A program made the position numbers and the translations under genes. From Blastocystis sp. subtype 4 (lineage: Eukaryota), in contig NW_014569461.1 of assembly GCF_000743755.1 (NCBI RefSeq), positions 1 through 34,971 on the forward strand: DNA of 34,971 nt. Reading direction: 5' to 3'. The notes under the pieces were generated by a model that ran no database searches, had not been told where the DNA came from, and was given only the letters and a program-made list of their open reading frames with translations. Shown here in pieces: positions 10,834 through 21,302 of the stretch (its first letter is position 1; each line of letters begins with the position of its first letter).

Positions 10834-12186
10834 CTAATCCATTTCATCAGTAACTACATCTACTGCAGACACTCTTGGATTCGCAATTTCCTCCTGCAGT
10901 TCCCGTAAAGGTCCATAAATGTTCTTCTTATAATCAACTTTATCACAGCTCCTTCCAAAGAGCCACTGCATGAGAAACCCAAGCTGATACTCGATCGAGA
11001 ACCTAAAGTCGCCGTATTCCCAGATACGGGCGATGAAAATGGCCAACAGCACGACTAGAAAGGAATAGAGAGCCACCACGGGCCACGACCACAGACACTC
11101 TTCTTTCTCATAGTCAATCGCAGTACCAAAGAGCTCAGGCAACTGAAGAACGAGAAATACCTGTTTGGAGAGAAAGGGTTCCAACACGTAGGCTGAGAGA
11201 GAGAGTGTGTTGATACGACGGAGAAACGTTGTATGATGCAATACGCGATATCGCTTCGCTGGAGAACGTTTGGTATCATCTACCAGAACCATACAGATAA
11301 GGATGAAGAGAAATTGGACCGAGGCGATGATGATCATAAAACCCTCTGGTTTGAAACTCTCAAACAATTCAGTGACAAAGTCATCAACGTGGGTGAGCAA
11401 GATCCCTCCGATAATAACGTTTCCGACAGTGCTCAGAAGAAAAAACCACCACAATGGGCTCAAAACTACAGTAGAATGCAAGATAATCCCAATGGCTCCT
11501 CCCATCAATCCAAAGGGAAGTAGCTGAGGAATCTGAAATGGCCCTTTTCCTATTTTGGAGAAGAGATAGGCAAAGAAGTAGAGATTATTAGTACGACAAT
11601 ACTCTTCGGCTCTCACACCAGCACTCGCCATATCACGAGAGAAAATAGTAATAACAACAGACAAAACATAGAGAATCGCAACCTGAATACGATAATCCTT
11701 CAAAAAAGGAACTAAACGTATCAAATAAATGAGAAGTGGAACGAACCATCCAATAAGACCAATACAATCCAGAGTGTGACTATAAAAAGGAATATCCACA
11801 ACAGGTAACTGCATCTTCCCTGTCTCGAAAAAGTCCCAATCCACTGTCCACTGATTCCAAAAAATCTCAATCCCTCGGAGGAGAAAAGCATAAACCATCT
11901 TCATTAGCAAATAACGCCAAACAACTCCAAATCCTTTTTTTGAAACATTTAAAAAGGATAGTGTTACGCAAATCGCAGAAATTAGAGAGAAAAGGGATCC
12001 CATTTGCGAGAAGAGACAAATCGGTACCATCAAAACATATAGAAGAACAGTAGGTATCTTGGCAACTAAACTAAACAGAATAGACGATTTCCATTTTGCA
12101 GCCGTACCCATAAACGAATGGGACAAAACCATTCCCAGAACAGAAATGCCCTTAGCAATATCTAATCCATAGTATCGTTTTCCCAT
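10834..12186 (-). CDS. Intronless polytopic membrane protein, HGSNAT/DUF1624/acyltransferase-3-like
   Basis: ~450-aa ORF beginning KRYYGLDIAKGISVLGMVLSH (R..LD..[RK]G....M...H signature), with many hydrophobic helices. Confidence 0.7.
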   Translation of the reverse strand: MGKRYYGLDIAKGISVLGMVLSHSFMGTAAKWKSSILFSLVAKIPTVLLYVLMVPICLFSQMGSLFSLISAICVTLSFLNVSKKGFGVVWRYLLMKMVYAFLLRGIEIFWNQWTVDWDFFETGKMQLPVVDIPFYSHTLDCIGLIGWFVPLLIYLIRLVPFLKDYRIQVAILYVLSVVITIFSRDMASAGVRAEEYCRTNNLYFFAYLFSKIGKGPFQIPQLLPFGLMGGAIGIILHSTVVLSPLWWFFLLSTVGNVIIGGILLTHVDDFVTELFESFKPEGFMIIIASVQFLFILICMVLVDDTKRSPAKRYRVLHHTTFLRRINTLSLSAYVLEPFLSKQVFLVLQLPELFGTAIDYEKEECLWSWPVVALYSFLVVLLAIFIARIWEYGDFRFSIEYQLGFLMQWLFGRSCDKVDYKKNIYGPLRELQEEIANPRVSAVDVVTDEMD

Positions 12187-12291
12187 TCTGTTATTCAGCA
12201 TACATTGAATTAAAAGAGCCGAAATGCTCGGGGTTTTACAGTTCTCATCAAAACCCTTAGAAAGCCTTGTTTGGTTCATCCGGTTGCCAGT

Positions 12292-13274
12292 ATGTCCAAA
12301 GTGAGTTCGGAAGTGTCTGCACCTGCTCCCCTTCTAAACAAATGGAACCTAAGTGAAGATGACGAGTATATCGACAACGACGAAATTATTGAAGAGCAAT
12401 CACCTTCTGTTCATAGTCATTTATAGGGAACCAGAATCACATCTTAAGGATGAAATGGAGGAATTATGCAAACGCATCAAACAACTTGCCAAATTGGATA
12501 GTTATTCGGTACTTATACTTCCAGAGAGTCATTTGTAGCTTATTTTGAAGGAGTTGCCACGTTATGTCACAAAGAAGCACATTGAAGAATTCTTTGGACT
12601 TCCTGAGCCACAGGTTTGGTTCCAATACATTGCTGAATTTATAGAGAATGGAAATTGAAGATCCAGACCCAAAGAACAAACGGGATGTCATTGTGACCTT
12701 TTTCGATGTTGACGACTTCTGTTCAGCCCTGATTAAGAATGGCCGTAGCATCCAAAGCTATGTCTTTGATGTCTATTTCGATCCGTACATGTGAGTGGAC
12801 TTGGTCATGAATAGAAACTTGCACCGTAGGGGTTCTACACGAGGTCGTGGAGGACGTGGTGGTCGTAACCATCGCGATGACCGTGATGGACGCAATCGAC
12901 GTGACGAGCGTGATAACCGTTCTCTTGATGAGCGTCCTCGCGATGACAACTACCATCGTCGCAATATACGTCGGGACGGGAATATGCATCGTGAGGTGAG
13001 TGGTGACGTTCGAAACCAGCCGGATAACTTCGGAGAACATCGTACTCGCAATGATGGTCGCCGTAATTATAAACCGACGAGTGGATATCGTAATTACTCG
13101 AATCAGCGTCGTATGGAGGATGGTTATAATACGTCGTATCAGCGTATCAATATGCCTCGCGGTTCTACACAGAGAATGACGGTGGGAATTAATGGAGTGA
13201 CTCATGGATAGGAATCTTCCTATATCGGAAAGGCAAGCAATCGTTTTGGTAGTATATCGGATTCGGATGAATAA
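12292..13274 (+). CDS. RRM-like RNA-binding protein with R/G/D/N-rich tail (eIF4B-like architecture)
   Basis: LILKELPRYVTKKHIEEFFG...VIVTFFDVDDFCSALIKNG, then an RGRGGRGG/DDRDGR region. TAA 13272-13274, TGTTTGTT at 13278. Confidence 0.55.
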
Positions 13275-13416
13275 ATTTGTTTGTTCAAGGAGTTAAACGG
13301 TCTCTTCTGACCTTTAGGATAGTCTACTTTTCATCTTAGCATCTACCCTCTTCAACATTCTACAGACCGAATGTTGGTTCGAATGTACTTGTATCAAACA
13401 GAATACTATGTATCAA

Positions 13417-14057
13417 CTAGTTTATTCTTTCCAAACACTTGGCAATGTTGCTAAGCTTTGGATTATCACAAGAGGCATAGGCGTGTATTGCCTTTGAGAC
13501 ATTCTTCTTTTGACAAGCTATTCATTACCAGTAATCCCAGAGAATACTCTGAATTCCCTCAGGACAGGCACACAAATAATATAGTGTCGTTAATGTAGAT
13601 ATCACTGTATTTTCGTTGGTTGACGATAGTAACCGTAAAATGGCTTGGATGTTGGACTTGTCAGAAAGAATGTGAAGGGCAAATTCGTGATCTATATCAA
13701 TACAGAGATATGCAACTACCACAGGAACAATTGCAAATTCCCCCAATAGCATATTCTTGGATAATACGATCTTCTTCCGATAATCCATCTAAAAACAAAT
13801 CCAACTAGGGTTGAGTCTTGTTTAACATAAACTACAATGTTCAACTCCCTCATAATCACATAGTTGTAGGGATCATAGGCAAAGTTCGCCAAATTAGCAA
13901 TAATCTGTCGTTGTGCCTCTACACATTCACTAGAAATAGAAATAATACCCAGTTTCTGCGTATCTTGATATTCAGTTACTAACCTCTGCAAATAAACAAA
14001 CCGAGATGTCCCATGCTTTCCTCTTCGTGCCTGGACATAACTTTCTGTAGCAAACAT
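13417..14057 (-). CDS. ARMC7: Armadillo repeat-containing protein 7
   Basis: MFATESYVQARRGKHGTSRFVYLQRLVTEYQ...QIIANLANFAYDPYNY..MRELNIVDLFLD...EYAIGGICN. Confidence 0.9.
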
Positions 14058-14133
14058 GAAAAGAAATGGCATACTTCTCTTCATGTTCCTTGTTCGTTCC
14101 GTAAAGCCTTCGATAGCAAGAGTCGCATCTAGA

Positions 14134-15074
14134 ATGACAGTCATTCGTGCTCACCACTGTGGTGGTTGTGGAGGTGGTTGCGGTTGCGGGGGAGGATGTA
14201 GCGGAGGAGATTGTGACGGCCAGTGTGGCGGAGATGGTACACACTAGATGGTGTTCTTGACAATTAGGTGTATCTTCTTCCATGTCGTGTTGTTACTTCT
14301 AGTGCGGTTGTGGAGAGCATCGCCCAGCGCTTTTAAAGGTATACATGATTCCAAACGGCGCGTATCAGGAGAATGCTTATTTGATGTGGGATGATCGTGT
14401 GAAAATGGGTATTTCGATGTCTCTATCATTATCAATTATAGGAGCTTTAATCGACCCTGGGGAAGAGCCGAAGAAGATTATCGAGGCCCTTGAGAAATGT
14501 GAAGTCAATATATCCTTGAAATGACATTGTATTCTGTCTTCTTAATGTCATGTTGATCGCATTTTTCTAACTCATGGTCATCATGATCACTGCAGTGGAA
14601 TTGCTCAATTATTTAACGAAATTGGCGAAATTCCTGTATATATGCATAAGGCAGATTATCCACTTTTATCAGCTGTTGAGAAGGAAGCTAAGGAGTTGGG
14701 TCTCAAGATTCCCTTCAACTTCCTCAAAGATAAACAAGCCATTGAAGTTGGAACTCGTGTGGTATGCAAATTACTGGTTTCTCACATAGGGTCATGTCAT
14801 CTTCACTCCTGGGCACACTCCCGGTTGTGTTTGCTATTCGTTTGGAAGTTTCCTGTTCTCTGGAGATACCCTCTTTAAGGGATCGATAGGCCGAACCGAT
14901 CTGGAAGGAGGAGAGTAAGAGTGGCGAGTGGGATTGAGGTATAGCTCGGAAGCGATCGTTAACTCTATTCAGAAACGACTTTTCACTCTTCCTTATAATA
15001 CAACCGTGTTATGTGGACATGGTCCGATTACGTCCTTAGGCGAAGAAATGAACTCAAACCCTTATGTGAGCTAA
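14134..15074 (+). CDS. Metallo-beta-lactamase-fold hydrolase (glyoxalase II/YcbL-like) with Cys/Gly-rich N-terminal extension
   Basis: [58 protein letters not shown]. Whether the leader is joined is less certain; an alternative start is at 14345. Confidence 0.85.
14510..14551 (+). other. U12-type intron with AT-AT termini (42 nt)
   Basis: 5' ATATCCTT, branch-like TTCTTAAT, in-frame TGA inside. Removal gives [19 protein letters not shown]. Confidence 0.8.
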
Positions 15075-15147
15075 GAGAAACTGATACACTGTTTGTTAAT
15101 CAGTTCATTCAAGTCACCCTTTCTTCATGGAATAAAGATATCCATAT

Positions 15148-15753
15148 GTGAAGATAGAGAGTAGAAAGAAATCTGGTAATCTCAGTTTCTTCTTCTCATG
15201 TCAGCACAGAGTAGGAAATACAATCCTATCTTACTCCATAGCTCAATACAACACTCTGAGGAAGCTAGTCGACAAATCCCTCACCATAACTGAAAGTGAG
15301 TTCGAATCTCTTGTTCCAGCGAAATTGAGGTTCTTCTTAATAGAATCCTATGAAATATAGAGGAAAGCCAGAATGTAAGGAGATCTATACGAAGGTGACA
15401 AAGGAACTAAAATCACGAAAGAAGAAGTGTTACGAACTTATTCAAAAGATTCCAGAAGTATTCGATGGAGTAGGAATATTGGGATTCAAGTGATCATCGC
15501 TAGAAGATATCGATCAAAGAAGTCAAAAAACGTGTGGAGAAGATGAAAGTTCTGGACAAATCCGCCAAAATGAGTGTAGACAAGCTGAAGCAAGAATTGA
15601 ACAAACGAAAGAACACTACCAAAAAGTTCATCCAAACTATTTGAATTCATGAATAGAATCGAGAAAATCATCACAGAAGTGGATATTCCGAATCAGGAAA
15701 CAGTCGAATCTGTCTATCGGCTATGTAAAGATATTAAAATGGAATTAGGTTAG
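15148..15753 (+). CDS. Hypothetical K/E-rich (coiled-coil) protein; structure unresolved
   Basis: Open stretches (…KISIKEVKKRVEKMKVLDK…LKQELNKRK…; IEKIITEVDIPNQETVES…) separated by intron-like segments. No clean start found. Confidence 0.3.
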
Positions 15754-15783
15754 CAATTTCTTGTTAGCTTCAACAAAAATGGC

Positions 15784-17438
15784 AGATTTCTCTCACAGCC
15801 TCATCAAAGGTACGGTATCCAATGGACTTCTTCAGTTCATTCTCCTTCTTCCTATCCATGAGGATCATTCCCGAATCTTACTTCATAGCACACATTACGC
15901 CAATACATACAACAATAATCACACTCAACACAATAATCACAATCAAAGACCAAGGTTTGTTCTTGGAGTGATGTTCCTCTCTCGACCACTCCACAGAGCC
16001 AACACCAGTTTTGTCATCTCCTCCGTTGCAATTCTCCTTATTCGCTGTTGCGAATCCTGTTAATTCACGCTTAAACACGGTCAAATAACCTCGCGAAAAC
16101 ACCAATCCAAGACCAATCGTCTCCTACATCTCAGTTCCTCGTCGCATGCCTACTTGATCCCAGCTGCGTATACCAATGATGTACCCATTCTCTACAGGAT
16201 CTAAGGGAATGAAGTACTGTTCAGGAGGGAGGTGGAAGAGGATACCAGAAAGACGAATATCGAAGGTGGGATAGTTTGAAATATCATCGATTGCCAGACC
16301 ATAGAAGACCGTTTCATTCACCACACCTATTCATCACTTCATATCCATCAGAATCACCAGGCAGATCTGGATATCGATTTTTCATACTCTGAATATACTG
16401 TCTCCAAATCGATTTGGGCAAACGAATATAATTATCATTCGTTTTGATTTCCGCAGGAATCGGTTTCTACGAATCAAGATAGATTTTCGTCTTCACCTGC
16501 CAATCAACAAAAGTCATATTTTGGATTCTCATATCGTATACATCGTATGTGTAGCCCAACTCATTCTCTCGCTGCACTGTCCATAGCATCTCGCCCTGTT
16601 GGAAGCGACGATCGTAAGTACCGATAGCCAAGATACCAGTACTCAGACCAAAACACATTGTAAACAGATTGTCAGCCCACGTAAGACTATCATGGATACT
16701 GTTGTAGATGGGATCAATGCAAGTGGGATTACAGGCCTTCTCACCCAAACCTAAGACACCAAGGGCCGGATCAGGGAGATCCTCAAAGGTAGAGTTGCTT
16801 ATAATCAGATCAATGTAAAAGGCCTACAACACATCCACAAAGTAGCCGGTGAAGCCTGTAGCGCCAAACACAAATTCATCACTGACAATAGAGCCTTCTG
16901 CGTAATAACTGGAAGCAAACGTATTAACACGAGAATCCCACCCACAATAATCCTTCTCGTAATTTGAACAACACTGGTTGTGAGGAGAGTGGTTAGCAGG
17001 GCAGTATTTCTTATTATCTACAACTTACAACCAGTACAGAAGAGTAACTCTTATCACAATAATCCGCAGAGCAACCCACAACCGTCTCTGTTTCCGATAA
17101 ATCACGATCATAGCCAGCTCCAGACTATACTTCAGGAACACAATACAACTAAACCTTGCAATTCTCACAATGGAGCGAAGGAATTAGTGTTGCTGAAGTT
17201 TCTAAATCCTTATAATCATTGTTTCAACGAAAAACGTACGACAAGCATGGGAAAAGTCATAAGGGCTCCATGGGTTCCTGGCTTCCTTCCTACACTTAGA
17301 ACAGTGGTAAAAAAGCCTTTGCGAAGACTTCCGCTAAGTGCCCATTCCAATGGCTCAATAGCAAGAGAACCGAACTGTAAATGACAGAAGAGAAGAACTT
17401 CTTACTAATAGTGTAGCAACAAGTAAAACACGTTTCAT
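15784..17438 (-). CDS. Membrane-anchored pepsin-family (A1) aspartic protease homolog with degenerate catalytic motifs
   Basis: Signal peptide, FFTTVLSVG, MLVDLETS..IPSLHCENC, GVLGLG, NLFTMCFG..TGILAIG, IYLDSNDNYIRLP, YPTFDI...LPPEQYF, C-terminal TM. In-frame T(15784), 4 nt, TTTTTGTT. Confidence 0.8.
16441..16470 (-). other. Candidate 30-nt non-canonical GT-AC intron
   Basis: gtagaaaccgattcctgcggaaatcaaaac contains an in-frame TAG. Removal restores DSxxxYxxLP spacing. Confidence 0.6.
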
Positions 17439-17720
17439 TTCGAAAAGAAAGTGACACGAAGTGGGATTATATCTTATCAATTGGATACAACTCTCGATTT
17501 CTATCTCCTTCGAAAGATACAACCAACGGTGGATTGAATAAGACCTTAGGTGCAGCTCCCTTCGATATCATCGACTAATGAATCGTATCCCATTCCTTCA
17601 CTTAAATAGATTCTATCATAAATACACTATCAAAATCAAAGAATCCTAGATGTGAAAAGTAGTAACTTTCCCTGAATTCCACGTTTCTCCAACAAGAATT
17701 GATCAAAAGAGTATTACACG

Positions 17721-18422
17721 ATGGTTACTCAATTAACAGGTGTAACACTACGGCTGAACACAAGCAATATGAATAAAGTGGTTGAAGATTGAGACTATGA
17801 GGAGTAGTTTCGCGAATTCAAAGAGCTGTTTGCCAAGTACGGGATAAATTTAGATGCAACACATGTACGCAATATGTTGACGTTTATATACAGCGTGAAA
17901 TTCGGGAAATCGTATCAGATCCTCTTTCTGTTGCTATTCATAAGGCCTCGCAGCTGGGTGAATGTGTTATTTCGGAGGATACGTCATTGGATATCGAAGG
18001 AGAACAAGTTGGTATTAATGTGAAATGGATGATGAATGAATTACCAAAGTATATTGGCAAAAAAGCACTCTGGAATGTGTACCTGGCTATTCTGGTAGTG
18101 TTTAATCTCCTCTCTCATATAGATACATGGACGTGTTCATGTATATCGCGGACAGGTAATTGGAACCATCGTTGAACCACGAGGGGATAGCAATTTTGGG
18201 TACGAGAATGGCTTTCAATGAAGTGTAGATTTGACCCTGTATTTCTGCCAGAGGGCTGTGTATCAACTCTCGCAGAGGTGTCCAGCGGATCAGAAGTATG
18301 ATACATAGAGTAAACCCGATTCTGTAAGTGCTCGAGCTAAAGCAGTTGAAAACCTTGTGAAGGATATCCCATTCGCTATTGTAAATCCTATTTTCGATTG
18401 GGATGGTCAGTATCAAGAATAG
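17721..18422 (+). CDS. Ham1/ITPase-family non-canonical purine NTP pyrophosphatase, multi-intron
   Basis: LNTSNMNK|FREF, EIREI, HKA, EDTSLDIEG, GINVKW, YRGQVIGTIVEPRG..NFG|FDPVFLPEG...TLAE|SKPDSVSARAKA. Confidence 0.85.
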
Positions 18423-18488
18423 CATTGTTATCATACTCGAAATGTTTGAAACATTTCTGCAAAACGTATTCTGTTTGTAACAGACATT

Positions 18489-19116
18489 TCAAAGAGTCAT
18501 AGAAATCTTTGACACATGAATAGGTTTGTCATAAGGAGAAATAATTGTAGTACCGTCTTTATCGCGACGAAGTGCTTTGCGCATATCTATCAATGATCCC
18601 ATCAAACAGCAGTATACCATAAGCATCATAATTGGCACTATAGAACTCCAGAATGTGACGGTAGACAGAATATTTCAGCTTGTTATATAAAGAGACAGCT
18701 AAGTAATTGTCAGTGCGAACATAGAGATCAACGAAGAAAGCGTCATCTCTATGAAAAACGGCCACAAACAATTCCTACACAAGTTCGGATATATCCTCGA
18801 TAAGTTTCATAAACTTGAGAGAATATCCAACACGACGATACTCTGGAGCAATAGTTAAGACAGAAACGTGACCGTGCCAGTCTTTCTTCTCCGGTGCAGT
18901 ATCACCTTCCACCTTCCCTACACCGATTCCAACCATCTCCCCATTCGGAGCATCTTCAGCAAAAAACAAGTCAGGCCATTTTTGGAGATAGGACAGATAG
19001 AAATCCATTGAAAACTAGGAGTCAGGAAAATGGGCTCATTTTTGTACTGTATTCGTCCATTTATCAAGTGTATAGTTTGATAAGATGAATAAATCATCTG
19101 TCTGAAACTGTCTCAT
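18489..19116 (-). CDS. NAA20: N-alpha-acetyltransferase 20 (NatB catalytic subunit, NAT3)
   Basis: MRQFQTDDLF...FYLSYLQKWPDLF...GKVEG...WHGHVSVLTIAPEYRR...FFVDLYVRTDN...DAYDMRKAL.RD. Confidence 0.9.
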
Positions 19117-19216
19117 GATAACAAACACCGAATGTGGAGAACTCACAGAACAACTAGATATGTGGATATAACAAACAGTAAGGGAACAGCACTTAGACTA
19201 ACTAAAAATGGAGAAC

Positions 19217-20438
19217 TCAGAGAAATGCATGTCTATGATGCCAATGGATACTCCATCAACTGTTGCGCAGTAGGTCGTTTTGTGGGATCATACTGAAGTA
19301 TATTATGTAAGAGAGTGATATAGTTCCTTGCTTGTTACCTTACAACAAAAGGTACATGTCAATATCACTAGGAAAGAAGGAATCAAACGGTAGAGGATCA
19401 ATTCGCCGTATACCCAGAATTACTAGCAATTACTCTCTTCATCACTTCCTACAATCTCGATTCGCCTTTGGAATTTGCATTTGGACCATATCTTCTTCTG
19501 TAGGCAAACCCAATACTATTCTTCACAATGCAGGAAGTACATACCATTAATGATACTAACAAGCTGATCTCCATCTGAATCAAGAGAGACGAAGAGAGGA
19601 TGCCCAAGAAGAATCTCAGCAATTACTATCCATTACGAAATATTGAGAGAGAATCACCACAGCCCAGAGACCAAATATCAATGGCGAAAGCATAGTGTGT
19701 AGCGCCCATCAATAACTCAGGGGCACTAGAGTGAAAGAATGTGTATATTTGTACCGATAGAAGCGACTTGTAACTAGAGGGGTACTGCGATGCGAATCGG
19801 GATTCCCCAAAATTCGTTTACTGCAACCAAAATCACAGAATTTGATGTGTTTCCTAGAGAGATCCATAAGGATGTTACTGGGCTTGAGATCACGATGCAC
19901 AATGTTATTGGAGTGAAGGAAATGGAGTTCTTGATATAATCCAGTGGACACATATACCTTGGATCAAGGACCGGATCAAGTCCAATTTGGAAAAAGTATG
20001 GGATTGAGTAAGACAGGTTGAAAGCGAAAGACCAACATACTCCAAAACCTAACAGTGATAAGTCAAACTAGAGAATACCATATTGTTCCAGAGAGTTTTT
20101 TCTGTACGTCGTGTATAGAATTGATCTCCATGTCAAATCCATCCAAATAATACCTTTCATATTGACAAAATACGATGTTTCAGATGAGGAACAGTGCTGT
20201 AGTAGGTACTCATTGATGCTGGATTCTCTTGAGGGATTCACATATCCGTCATCTTCCATTACTCACTCCATAACAGAATTACGAATATCGTTTTCGCTGA
20301 TGCGCACTTGTTTTAGGGCATATATCTGTCCGTCTTGTTTGCATCGCACCAAAAATACACTCCCAACTAACTATCATTCGGTTCCTTAGTTGTACAGGTA
20401 CCACTTCCGAGCTTCTTTTCAATCACGTACTGTTTCAT
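19217..20438 (-). CDS. CMGC Ser/Thr kinase, GSK3-like; 3' end approximate
   Basis: YVIEKKLGSGT, YALKQV, HRDLKPSNIL, IKFCDFGCSK, VTSRFYRAPELLMGATHY..AIDIWSLGCVIAEILLGHPLF...DQL. Confidence 0.85.
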
Positions 20439-20506
20439 GGAAATGTGATTTCCCTCCAAGTAGTTGAGGGAATGTAGATAAATTTCTGTACTTCAAACAA
20501 ACAAGT

Positions 20507-20915
20507 TTAGGTATTCTTTTGCTTTGTAAGAGGAACTAGATATGATCTTAAACACCCAAACCTACCTTGACGAATTGCTTTTGATTTTACCAAACTTGCC
20601 TTGCTCAAACCCTCCTCAGAATCAGATTCGGAGGATGAGTCCTTGTTTTCTAACACTTGCTCTCGTTTCCTCCGTTTTTCACGTAGTACCTTCTTTTTCA
20701 ATACACTTCCAACTTCTTCTTGCTATGTATGAGGCATCAACGTATTTGCGTACTCTCTTGTGAGGGACAAACTTAGCACCTAAGCCCAATCGTTGGGCAC
20801 GCTTTTCAAACTGAGGTTGCTCTTTTGGTGATGATTCGGTTTTGGAAAAATCTAGCCACGAATCAACAATATCCAGTGCGTTTTTATTCAATTCAACATG
20901 TTGATCATCACTCAT
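20507..20915 (-). CDS. Small conserved K/R/S-rich protein with RLGLGA motif (DUF3245-like)
   Basis: ALDIVDSWL...RAQRLGLGAKFVPH...DSSSESDSEEGLSK. TAA followed by TGTTTGTT (20503-20496). Confidence 0.6.
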
Positions 20916-21088
20916 GGAAGAAGTGGTCAGGATTATGTCACATATCGCATCACCTATAGAACGAATCATCCAGAATGTTGCACATCTATGTTATCAATCC
21001 GGTACATCTATCATTCCTTCGCGTCATGCTTCGTTTCAACAGTTGACTACCTGGATTTATCTCATATTTTATCTCGTTAATAACATCA

Positions 21089-21227
21089 ATGCCTTGTCCT
21101 TGTACGAATACGAAGAAGACTTGCAAGAATCCCAACTGCACTTGTGATATCTGCCAAGACTGCGGAAAGTGTACTCAGCCCAACTGTCCTTGCAAAGAAT
21201 GTCAGTGTTGCGCAAAGCAAACGGCGT
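21089..21227 (+). CDS. 46-aa metallothionein, poly(A)-made stop
   Basis: MPCPCTNTKKTCKNPNCTCDICQDCGKCTQPNCPCKECQCCAKQTA: 13 Cys in CxC/CxxC/CC motifs, no aromatics. In-frame T at 21227, then ATTC, then TGTTTCTT. Confidence 0.82.
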
Positions 21228-21302
21228 ATTCTGTTTCTTACAAACAACCCAAAACAACCTCATTCCAAAACAGTTTTCACCCCTTCTGCAACTGTTATGT
21301 CC

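Noticed and set aside
12723..13205. 160-aa Thr/Ile-rich minus ORF and similar shadows (5967-6224, 13972-14283, 21169-21732, 33094-33330, 34652-34876)
   Set aside because: Antisense shadows of real genes on the other strand.
19200..19260. GTATCCAT as a third U12 donor near the kinase 3' end (also GTATCCC at 17585)
   Set aside because: Imperfect donor, no clear branch motif, and several alternative endings are possible.
14134..21227. A metal-homeostasis gene cluster (Cys-rich MBL plus metallothionein)
   Set aside because: They are 7 kb apart with unrelated housekeeping genes between; no evidence of functional clustering.
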